Of a DNA stretch of 64,000 bases, positions 1-8,181 are shown piece after piece (positions within the stretch are counted from its first letter, which is position 1; each line of letters starts with the position of its first letter). A model generated the notes under the pieces. That model did not search any database. It saw only the letters and a list, made by a program, of their open reading frames with translations, and was not told where the DNA came from. The position numbers and the translations under genes were made by a program. The DNA is from Candidatus Kryptoniota bacterium (GTDB lineage: Bacteria > Bacteroidota > Ignavibacteria > Kryptoniales > JAKASW01), in assembly GCA_046706365.1 (NCBI GenBank), contig JBJKPN010000183.1:1818-65817 (forward strand), in the 5' to 3' direction.

Positions 1-1
1 G

Positions 2-562
2 ATGTACGGGAAGCGGAACCCGAGAACTCTTCTCGACGCCGTCAAGATTCTCGTGAAGGAAGGGAAGATTTCAGCCGACAATTTCAGACTTGTCTTTGCA
101 GGGAGGTTCGGCTCGGAAGTGAAGGAGATGCTTTCGGAGCCGGAGTTTGCAGGCATGATTGACCTGAAAGAGTATCTTCCCCACGAGGAAAGCATTAAGC
201 TTCTGCTGCAATCCGATGCGCTCGTTTTGATCGTTGACGAATCCGGACTGAGCAACGAGATCGTCCCGGGAAAAGTGTTCGAGTACATAGGCGCAAGACG
301 GCCGATCATAGCCTTTGCTCCTGAGGGTGCGGCAGCCCAAATTGTCAGGAATACCGGGAGCGGAGTGGTCGTTCCCCAGGATGACGCGGCAGCAGCGAAG
401 TCTGTAATAGAAACACTATTCAGCGAACATGCGGAAGGGAAACCGTCTTCCGAGAGTTCGGGTGAAGTCTTCGCACCGAAGGACGAGGTTATGAAGGAAT
501 TTGAAAGAAAAGAAGCGACAAGAAAGCTCGCATCACTCTTCACAAAAATACTAGAGAAATGA
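2..562 (+). CDS. glycosyltransferase (GT-B, family 1/4-like), C-terminal fragment; 5' end lies outside the window
   Basis: ORF open to the window edge. The C-terminal region 'PGKVFEYIGARRPIIAFAPEGAAAQIV' resembles the GT4 nucleotide-sugar binding E-x7-E region. Confidence 0.65.
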   Translation: MYGKRNPRTLLDAVKILVKEGKISADNFRLVFAGRFGSEVKEMLSEPEFAGMIDLKEYLPHEESIKLLLQSDALVLIVDESGLSNEIVPGKVFEYIGARRPIIAFAPEGAAAQIVRNTGSGVVVPQDDAAAAKSVIETLFSEHAEGKPSSESSGEVFAPKDEVMKEFERKEATRKLASLFTKILEK

Positions 563-563
563 A

Positions 564-3068
564 ATGAGCAAACAGCCGATCAAGCGGAAGCCCGACAAAC
601 GAGCGGTTCAGGAAAAGCCGATCGTCCCGGAAAAATACGAGACGCCAATACTGATAGGTCTCATAATCGTGCTCCTTCTGATATTCCTTCATCAGGCATT
701 TCTCGAGAACAAGGTCTTCATCTCTCCAGACATAAATGCCTCGAGAAGTCTCCAGACGTTTGTCGACCAGGCCCAAAAGGAGCATGTGTTTCCGCTGTGG
801 ATTCCATATGTATTCAGCGGAATGCCCTCCTATGCCAGCCTGCTTGTGAGCGGCAATAGGTGGTACGATCTTATCCCGACAGTCTGGGGGTACGTGGACC
901 ACGCGATTGCGACGATTCTCATAAATAAGGAAGTGGGCTGGGTCCTGGTTTACTATTTCCTTTTCGGCATCGGACTTTTCGTGTTAATTAGAAGGCTGGG
1001 GCTAACGAAGTTCGCCAGTTTCTTCGGCGCGACGGCAACTCTGTTTTCCATGTACATTATCATTTGGATAATGTTTGGACATAATACCAAGATTGCGGCA
1101 ATGGCGTTCTTCCCGTTCATACTGCTCCTGGTCATGGAGCTGATGCAGCGGTTCAGGTGGTCGTATCTGTTGGCCCTGATAGTCGCAATTCATCTTCAAT
1201 TCCAGTCGACTCATATCCAGATGATATTCTATTCGTTTTTGGCCATCGGCGTGTACCTGATCTTCATGTTTGTCAGGAACCTTGTGAAGAAAGAGAAGGT
1301 CGCCGGGACAATCAGGGCTGGTCTGCTTCTTGTCGTCGCAAGTGCAATCGCATTCGTGATGTCGGCGGATATGTACTACTCTGTTTACCAGTACAGCAAA
1401 TATTCGATAAGAGGAGCTTCGCCGATCGTACAGACTGCCCAGGATAAAGGTCAGAAGGGCGGGGGATTGGACTACCAGTATGCAACAAACTGGTCGTTCG
1501 GTCCTGAGGAAATGGCCACATTCATTGTCCCGTCGTTCTACGGCTTCGGCGACATAACGTATAACGGCCCACTGTCCAACAATCAGTCAGTGCGCGTCAA
1601 CACCTATTTCGGCCCGGAGCCTTTTACTGATGCGCCGGAATATATGGGCGTGATGGTTCTCCTGCTCGCCTTCATAGGCTTTGTAAGGAACAGGCGAAAC
1701 CCATTTGTTTTATTCAGCCTGATCGTGATAATCTTTTCACTGCTCATCTCCTTCGGCAGGGAGTTTCCGCTCATTTACAACCTGATGTTCTATTACTTCC
1801 CGGACTTCAACAAGTTCAGGGCGCCGAGCCTGATACTTGTGCTTGTGCAAATTTTCGTTCCGATACTCGCCGCTTACGGGATCGATGCAATAGCGAAGGC
1901 AAGGAGAGATTCCGATATGATCCTGTCGAGGAAGATGCTTGTATGGACGGGAATATTCGGCGGGCTCCTCGTGCTGACGTTTCTACTACAGGGTTCCATC
2001 CAGGATTTCTATACGGGAATAATCCAGGGAACAGGGAAGCAGATCCCGCATCAGATTTACACGCTGCTCTTCAATAACATGATAGGCGATCTTTACATAT
2101 CGATCATCATCTGCATGGCAACGACCGCGGTGATTCACTTCTACATCCAGCGGAGGATTACCGCTGTTGTCGGCGGCGGCGCACTTACTCTGATACTCCT
2201 CTTCGACCTGTGGCGAGTAGACTACCAGCCTATGCAGATGCACAGCCGCAGCACTCAAGCCGAGCAGTTCGCGACGCCGGATTACGTACAGTTCCTGAAA
2301 AGCCAACCCGGCCTCTATCGAGTACTTCCCCTGGAGAACGGACAGCCGACGACGTCGAACGACCTCGCGTATTTCGGAATACAGGATGCAAGCGGATATT
2401 CAGGTGCCAAACTGAGAATCTACCAGGACATGCTCGACGTTGTCGGGCTTACAAATCCGAACATGATGCGGCTGCTGGACATCAAGTACATCATAACCGA
2501 CAAGCCGGATGCCGCACTCGGGAAAGTGGTCTTCAAGGGTTCAAGGGCAGTGGAAGAGAACGACGATATACTGCCTCGCGCGTTCTTCGTCGATGATTAC
2601 AAAGTCGGCTCAGGTCTGCAGATTCTGAACGATTTGCGGTCAGGAGCATTCGATCCGGCCAAAACCGCTTACTTCATGGAAAATCCCGACCTGACCGTCG
2701 ACAAACCTGACACGAGCGTCTATGTCAGATTCCAGGACTACAGACTTCAGTCGATGAAAATGCAGGTTAAGGCGAGCGGGAACAACCTCCTTCTTCTGAG
2801 CGAGGTTTATTATCCTGCCGGATGGGATGCAACAATAGACGGAAAGCCGGCGAAGATATACAGGGCGGACTACTTCCTCCGTGCGCTGATGATACCCAGG
2901 GGCGTACATGAAGTTGAACTGAATTTTCATCCGGCGGCATTCTATGTCGGCAAAAACTTTTCCCTTGCGTCGAACGGCGTCGTGATCCTGCTGATTCTCG
3001 TTGCGGGAGTGCCGAAGCTCCTGGTTTTCGTCAGGAAGAAACGACACGCGACGCCGCAGGCCAAGTGA
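564..3068 (+). CDS. large polytopic membrane protein, YfhO/GT-C-like putative glycosyltransferase
   Basis: 834-aa ORF with many hydrophobic helices, then a soluble C-terminal domain and a final TM helix. It starts 1 nt after the upstream GT gene. The family call is from overall architecture only. Confidence 0.55.
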   Translation: MSKQPIKRKPDKRAVQEKPIVPEKYETPILIGLIIVLLLIFLHQAFLENKVFISPDINASRSLQTFVDQAQKEHVFPLWIPYVFSGMPSYASLLVSGNRWYDLIPTVWGYVDHAIATILINKEVGWVLVYYFLFGIGLFVLIRRLGLTKFASFFGATATLFSMYIIIWIMFGHNTKIAAMAFFPFILLLVMELMQRFRWSYLLALIVAIHLQFQSTHIQMIFYSFLAIGVYLIFMFVRNLVKKEKVAGTIRAGLLLVVASAIAFVMSADMYYSVYQYSKYSIRGASPIVQTAQDKGQKGGGLDYQYATNWSFGPEEMATFIVPSFYGFGDITYNGPLSNNQSVRVNTYFGPEPFTDAPEYMGVMVLLLAFIGFVRNRRNPFVLFSLIVIIFSLLISFGREFPLIYNLMFYYFPDFNKFRAPSLILVLVQIFVPILAAYGIDAIAKARRDSDMILSRKMLVWTGIFGGLLVLTFLLQGSIQDFYTGIIQGTGKQIPHQIYTLLFNNMIGDLYISIIICMATTAVIHFYIQRRITAVVGGGALTLILLFDLWRVDYQPMQMHSRSTQAEQFATPDYVQFLKSQPGLYRVLPLENGQPTTSNDLAYFGIQDASGYSGAKLRIYQDMLDVVGLTNPNMMRLLDIKYIITDKPDAALGKVVFKGSRAVEENDDILPRAFFVDDYKVGSGLQILNDLRSGAFDPAKTAYFMENPDLTVDKPDTSVYVRFQDYRLQSMKMQVKASGNNLLLLSEVYYPAGWDATIDGKPAKIYRADYFLRALMIPRGVHEVELNFHPAAFYVGKNFSLASNGVVILLILVAGVPKLLVFVRKKRHATPQAK

Positions 3069-3176
3069 CATACGTCTGAATTGACGATGTGCGGCATCGC
3101 ATGATGGTGCCGCATCATCCATATTAGCCGGAACTCACATTGATTAACGCACCGGCGTTTCTTAATTTTCGAGCAG

Positions 3177-4010
3177 ATGGAAACCCAAATCAACGATTTA
3201 AGACTGAACCCTAAGCTTGTAAGAGGCTTGCTTGTGCGCTTCATACGCGACGAGCTTGAGAAAGTCGGTTTCGACAAGCTGGTGGTCGGTCTTTCCGGCG
3301 GAGTGGATTCGGCTTTGTCTGCGGCGCTTGCAGCGGAGGCAATAGGTGCGAAGAACGTTCTGTGCGTGGTCCTTCCATACAAAACATCTTCGAAGGACAG
3401 TGTCGAAGATGCGAATGTCCTTGCCGAAAAATTCGGTTTGAAAAAGGAGCTGATCGATATTAGCAAATCGGCCGATGCCGTCATCGAGCGCGAACCTTCC
3501 ATGGGAAATCTGCGGAAGGGGAACATACTGGCAAGGACCAGGATGATTGTACTTTACGACATCTCGGCGCGTGAAAAAGCGCTCGTACTAGGGACTAGCA
3601 ATAAAACCGAGCTGCTTCTCGGATACGGAACTCTGTTTGGCGACATGGCGCATGCAATAAATCCTATTGGAGATTTGTATAAGACTCAGGTGTGGCAGTT
3701 ATCGTCGTACATCGGAGTTCCCGACAAGATCGTGAAGAAGAAGCCCAGCGCCGACTTGTGGATTGGCCAGACAGATGAAGACGAGATTGGCTATTCGTAC
3801 GAGGAAATAGACAAGGCGCTGTACCTCCTTGTCGACCAGAAGATGAAAACAGAAGAAGTGGTTGCTCTCGGTTTCCCGGAGAAAATGGTCAATGACTTGT
3901 ACAGGATGATGGTCAGGAGCCAATTCAAGCGGCGGCCGCCAATTATTGCAAAAGTCGGCAACAGGACGATAAATGTGGATTTTCGTTACCTCAGGGATTG
4001 GGGAGCCTAG
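3177..4010 (+). CDS. nadE: NH3-dependent NAD+ synthetase
   Basis: PP-loop motif 'GLSGGVDSAL'. The 277-aa length and overall sequence are typical of NadE. Confidence 0.9.
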   Translation: METQINDLRLNPKLVRGLLVRFIRDELEKVGFDKLVVGLSGGVDSALSAALAAEAIGAKNVLCVVLPYKTSSKDSVEDANVLAEKFGLKKELIDISKSADAVIEREPSMGNLRKGNILARTRMIVLYDISAREKALVLGTSNKTELLLGYGTLFGDMAHAINPIGDLYKTQVWQLSSYIGVPDKIVKKKPSADLWIGQTDEDEIGYSYEEIDKALYLLVDQKMKTEEVVALGFPEKMVNDLYRMMVRSQFKRRPPIIAKVGNRTINVDFRYLRDWGA

Positions 4011-4720
4011 TGTCCGAAGGGCGGACCCATTCGGGGAATGAAGGGACGGCGGGCAAGCTTTTCGTAGTGGCGACTCCGATAGGCAATCTGTCGGACATCA
4101 CCTACCGTGCAGTGGAAATCCTGAAATCGGTGGACCTTGTAGCCGCAGAGGACACGAGGACCAGTTCGATTCTTCTTAAGCATTACCAGATATCGAAACC
4201 GATGATGAGTTTTCACAGCCACAGCGGAACCGGCCGGGCCGGTGAGATCGTTACGAAGCTCCGGCAGGGCACGAGTATCGCGCTCATTACCGATGCCGGC
4301 ACTCCCGGTATTTCCGACCCGGGGTACCTCCTTGTCAGGGAAGCGGTGGAGGCCGGGATCGAGGTTGTGCCGGTACCCGGACCTGCAGCATTCGTGGCGG
4401 CTCTCTCTTCCAGCGGCCTGAGGAGCGACAGATTCGTGTTCGAAGGATTCCTGCCTCAGAAGAAGGGAAGGCAGAAGAAGCTCCAGCAGCTGTCCTCCGA
4501 GCAACGAACAATAATCTTCTATGAATCTCCCTATCGGATAGCGAAGACGCTTACCGAGCTATTGAAATATTTCGGGGACAGGAGATGCGTGGTGGGGAGA
4601 GAGATCACGAAAATTCATGAGACGTTTTACAGGGGAAGTCTTTCAGAGTTGCAGCAGTCGCTTCCCGAGTCAGAAAAGAGAGGCGAATTTGTGATTATAG
4701 TCGAGGGCGCTGAAGCTTGA
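3998..4720 (+). CDS. rsmI: 16S rRNA (cytidine1402-2'-O)-methyltransferase
   Basis: Tetrapyrrole-methylase-fold motifs 'LFVVATPIGNLSDIT', 'AAEDTR' and 'DAGTPGISDPG'. Start is TTG at 3998 or GTG at 4010, overlapping the nadE stop. Confidence 0.9.
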   Translation: MGSLVSEGRTHSGNEGTAGKLFVVATPIGNLSDITYRAVEILKSVDLVAAEDTRTSSILLKHYQISKPMMSFHSHSGTGRAGEIVTKLRQGTSIALITDAGTPGISDPGYLLVREAVEAGIEVVPVPGPAAFVAALSSSGLRSDRFVFEGFLPQKKGRQKKLQQLSSEQRTIIFYESPYRIAKTLTELLKYFGDRRCVVGREITKIHETFYRGSLSELQQSLPESEKRGEFVIIVEGAEA

Positions 4721-5400
4721 GAAGCCTGATACCTCCTTCCGTCGAGAGATCCTTCAAGAAACTCATAGAACCGCTCGCGTCCTGGCTCGGCAGAAGGAAT
4801 GCCAACCCGAACTGGTTCACGACTTTGGGTTTCCTTCTCAGCATCGTCTGCGCATGGGAGATCGCCGCCGGAAAACTCGTGGCCGGAGGAATACTCGTGC
4901 TCGTGAGCGGGCTTTTCGACATTATAGATGGCGCGGTCGCAAGGAAGACCGGAAGGGTCACAAGATTCGGAGCCGTCTACGACTCGACCATCGACAGGTA
5001 TTCGGAAGTTACCGTATTTTTCGGACTCGGATTTTATTTGATCGGTCACCAGTATTATCTGACTTCGGTCGCAGCTGTATTTGCGATCGGCGGTTCGATC
5101 ATGGTAAGCTACATCAGGGCACGGGCCGAGACATTGGGCTTCAAGGCAAACGTCGGACTGGCACGCAGGCAGGAGCGGGTTGTTATTCTCGGAATCGGGC
5201 TGATCCTCAATGCATTCGACAAATTCTTCAACAGAATGTTGGATCCTGTTATAATGAAGACTCTCGGTGATGGGTATTCACACCCTCCAATCGCCGTCGC
5301 AACAGCCGTTTTTCTTTTGGCAATACTCACTAATTTCACCGCAATACAGAGGCTATATTATGTCCACAAACAATTCAAATCAGAAGGGCCCCACTCCTAA
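4717..5400 (+). CDS. CDP-alcohol phosphatidyltransferase, candidate phosphatidylinositol-phosphate synthase
   Basis: Complete signature D-x2-DG-x2-AR-x8-G-x3-D-x3-D in 'DIIDGAVARKTGRVTRFGAVYDSTID'. Polytopic membrane protein. TTG start overlaps the rsmI stop (TTGA). Confidence 0.85.
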   Translation: MRSLIPPSVERSFKKLIEPLASWLGRRNANPNWFTTLGFLLSIVCAWEIAAGKLVAGGILVLVSGLFDIIDGAVARKTGRVTRFGAVYDSTIDRYSEVTVFFGLGFYLIGHQYYLTSVAAVFAIGGSIMVSYIRARAETLGFKANVGLARRQERVVILGIGLILNAFDKFFNRMLDPVIMKTLGDGYSHPPIAVATAVFLLAILTNFTAIQRLYYVHKQFKSEGPHS

Positions 5401-6709
5401 ACGGGGGAAGAAGATTGAAAAACCCATCGGTCCCCTTACGGTATTCACGCCGGGGATCGGTGCCGTATCTACAACTCTAATGGCAGGTGTCGAGCTGATC
5501 AGGAAAGGGCTGAGGGCACCTATCGGATCGATGACCCAGATGGGGACAATTCGTCTCGGGAAGAGAACCGAGAAACGAAGTCCGCTGATAAAGGAATTTG
5601 TGCCGCTTGCCAGGATCGACGACATAAAATTCGCCGGCTGGGATATTTACGGCGGGACGGCATTCGACGCCGCGGAGCGCGCTGGCGTGCTAAACGAGAG
5701 CGACCTTAAACTGGTTAAGTCTTTCCTGGAAGGCATCGAAGTCATGCCGGCAGTTTTCGAGCAGAAGTATGTGAAACGCCTTCGACCCAAGGTGATAAAA
5801 AAGGCTAAGTCGAAGATGGAATACGCCGAGAAACTCAGAGATGATATAAAAGCTGTCATGAAGAATAACGGTTCCAGGCAGGCAGTGATGGTCTGGTGTG
5901 GCAGTACCGAGAGCTATATCGAACAGGCGCCGGTACACAAGAACCTGAAGAGTTTCGAGGAAGGCCTGCGTAAAAGCGATCCGTGGATTCCGCCGAGCAT
6001 GATCTATGCATACGCTGCGATGAAGGAAGGCATCCCGTTTGCCAACGGTGCTCCGAACCTGACCGTGGACGTGCCTGCGATGGATGAGCTCGCTCGAAAG
6101 ACCGGACTTCCCATTGCCGGCAAGGACTTCAAAACCGGGCAGACCCTCCTGAAGACAGTGTTTGCCCCGATGCTGAAGGCGCGAATGCTCGGACTCAGCG
6201 GCTGGTTCTCGACGAACATTCTCGGCAACCAGGACGGCGAAGTCCTCGACGAGCCGGGCTCTTTCAAGACGAAGGAAGTAAGCAAGCTTTCCGTACTTGA
6301 CTACATACTCCAGCCGGAAATCTATCCGGTTCTCTATTCGGATTACTACCATAAGGTAAGGATAAACTACTATCCTCCGCGCGGCGACAACAAGGAAAGC
6401 TGGGACAATATAGACATTTTCGGCTGGTTGAATTATCCGATGCAGATAAAGGTTAATTTCCAGTGCCGCGATTCGATACTCGCAGCTCCGGTTTTGCTGG
6501 ATATCTTGTTATTCCTCGATCTGGCCAACCGCGCGGGACAATCGGGCATACAGGAGTGGATGTCGTTCTACTTCAAGAGTCCGATGTGTTCGCCGGAAGT
6601 ATATCCGGAGCACGACCTCTTCATCCAGATGACGAAGCTGAAGAACTATCTCCGATACCTGATGGGTGAGGAGCTTATAACTCATCTCGGGGTCGAGTAC
6701 TACAAATAG
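5360..6709 (+). CDS. myo-inositol-1-phosphate synthase (inositol-3-phosphate synthase)
   Basis: N-terminal dinucleotide-binding 'TPGIGAVSTTLMAG' and the MIPS core motif 'NILGNQDG' (cf. eukaryotic SYNHLGNNDG). I chose the ATG at 5360 rather than the 5267 ORF start, which lies inside the upstream gene. Confidence 0.9.
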   Translation: MSTNNSNQKGPTPKRGKKIEKPIGPLTVFTPGIGAVSTTLMAGVELIRKGLRAPIGSMTQMGTIRLGKRTEKRSPLIKEFVPLARIDDIKFAGWDIYGGTAFDAAERAGVLNESDLKLVKSFLEGIEVMPAVFEQKYVKRLRPKVIKKAKSKMEYAEKLRDDIKAVMKNNGSRQAVMVWCGSTESYIEQAPVHKNLKSFEEGLRKSDPWIPPSMIYAYAAMKEGIPFANGAPNLTVDVPAMDELARKTGLPIAGKDFKTGQTLLKTVFAPMLKARMLGLSGWFSTNILGNQDGEVLDEPGSFKTKEVSKLSVLDYILQPEIYPVLYSDYYHKVRINYYPPRGDNKESWDNIDIFGWLNYPMQIKVNFQCRDSILAAPVLLDILLFLDLANRAGQSGIQEWMSFYFKSPMCSPEVYPEHDLFIQMTKLKNYLRYLMGEELITHLGVEYYK

Positions 6710-6715
6710 AAACGA

Positions 6716-7315
6716 ATGAAGGAAGAAGAGCGCCACAGGAGAGCGAAAGAAGATGCCGTTCTCGTCAAGCTCGCTATAGACGGCGATGAAGCCGCGTATA
6801 AGTCTCTCATACGCAGGTACAGGAATCCCGTAGCCCAGGTGGTTTATAGATTGGTGAAGGATAGGGGCCAGGTGGAAGACCTCACTCAGGAGGTTTTCAT
6901 AAAGGCATTCCAGCACCTGAAGGATTTCGACTACGAGCATCAGTTCGCTTCCTGGCTCTTCAAGATTGCAAACAATCACTGTATCGACTACATCCGCAAG
7001 AAGAAGCTCAGGGTCTATTCCATTGACGAGCAAATTCGGACCGAAGACGGGCAAATGGAATATGAAATCCCCGATTCCACCTATGAACCGGACCTGAATA
7101 TGCTCCGCGAACAAAAATCGAAGGTCATTCAAGAGGCGATAGATTCGCTGCCGGACAAGTACCGCGAGGTGATCGTTCTAAGGCACCAGGAAGAGCTTAG
7201 TTACGAGGAAATAGCAGTTAAGACCGGTCTCCCCGTAAATACCATAAAAGTCCAGCTTTTTCGCGCCCGGGAGATGCTTTACAAATTCCTCAAAGACAGG
7301 ATTAAACATTATTGA
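6716..7315 (+). CDS. ECF-type RNA polymerase sigma-70 family factor
   Basis: Region 2 'DLTQEVFIKAFQHL...WLFKIANNHCIDYIRK' and region 4 HTH 'LSYEEIAVKTGLPVNTIKVQLFRARE'. Confidence 0.85.
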   Translation: MKEEERHRRAKEDAVLVKLAIDGDEAAYKSLIRRYRNPVAQVVYRLVKDRGQVEDLTQEVFIKAFQHLKDFDYEHQFASWLFKIANNHCIDYIRKKKLRVYSIDEQIRTEDGQMEYEIPDSTYEPDLNMLREQKSKVIQEAIDSLPDKYREVIVLRHQEELSYEEIAVKTGLPVNTIKVQLFRAREMLYKFLKDRIKHY

Positions 7316-7350
7316 AACCTAAGACCGAAACCCCCGTACTTAACGGTTAG

Positions 7351-8181
7351 ATGCGAAGCCTATTTGCAATATTGTTTCTGTGCTCGACCTCTTTCGCACA
7401 GATGACCCTGCGGACCGAGGAGAACCTTGGCGCTGCCAAATCGATGAAAGCGGTAATCAGCCTCGGGGCCGTTGAGTTGAAGCTCAGGGGTGTGGAAGAC
7501 CCCGACAAAGCATTCAAGATCTTCTACGATTATTCGTCGAGTCAGAAAGTGCCGAGACTTGAGTACGAAGTTGACGGCGATAGGGGGCGGTTCAGGCTAT
7601 CGAACAACCGGGGTGAAGATCATTTCCCGTTTCCTGGTCTCGGAGGTAATAAAGATTCACTGCGACTCGAGCTGGCAAATTCCGTCCCACTCTCATTGAA
7701 TATGAATTTCGGAGTGTGCGACGCCGATGTGGACCTCGGGGGAATGGAGATTTCCGACGCCAGATTCTCGACCGGTGTCTGCAGCTTCAAACTGGACTTT
7801 TCATCTCCCAACAAGATCACGTGTGATGAATTAGTAGTGAAGTCCGGCGTATCGAGCGTTACGGTTGAAAATCTGTGCAATGCGCGTGCAAAATCCGTGG
7901 AGCTGAAAGGTGGAGTCGGGTCACTGAAAGTCGACTTCGGCGGGAAGCTCGAATCGGATTGCAGCGTGCGCGTGAAGACGGGGCTCGGGTCTCTTGATAT
8001 TTCCATACCGTCCGATATCAATGCCATGATAATGACCCCGGAGAGTTTCCTGACCAGCGTGGATGTATCCGGCTTTTTTGCCCAGGGAGGCGGGGTCTAC
8101 CGGTCGAGCGTAAAGAAGGGACCGGAGCTTAAGATCTACATTGATTCCGCGATGGGCGGCGTCTCGATCAGGAGCTACTGA
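7351..8181 (+). CDS. secreted protein with repetitive beta-strand (toast-rack/DUF2154-DUF4097-like) C-terminal domain
   Basis: Signal peptide 'MRSLFAILFLCSTSFAQ'. Repeated 'G(V/L)(S/G)S(V/L)xV(E/D)' strands ('GVSSVTVE', 'GVGSLKVDFGG', 'GLGSLDISIP', 'MGGVSIRSY'). Lies immediately downstream of the ECF sigma gene. Confidence 0.45.
   Translation: MRSLFAILFLCSTSFAQMTLRTEENLGAAKSMKAVISLGAVELKLRGVEDPDKAFKIFYDYSSSQKVPRLEYEVDGDRGRFRLSNNRGEDHFPFPGLGGNKDSLRLELANSVPLSLNMNFGVCDADVDLGGMEISDARFSTGVCSFKLDFSSPNKITCDELVVKSGVSSVTVENLCNARAKSVELKGGVGSLKVDFGGKLESDCSVRVKTGLGSLDISIPSDINAMIMTPESFLTSVDVSGFFAQGGGVYRSSVKKGPELKIYIDSAMGGVSIRSY

Noticed and set aside
5267-5359. N-terminal extension of the MIPS ORF
   Set aside because: It lies inside the CDP-alcohol phosphatidyltransferase gene in another frame. 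The ATG at 5360 gives a typical MIPS N-terminus.
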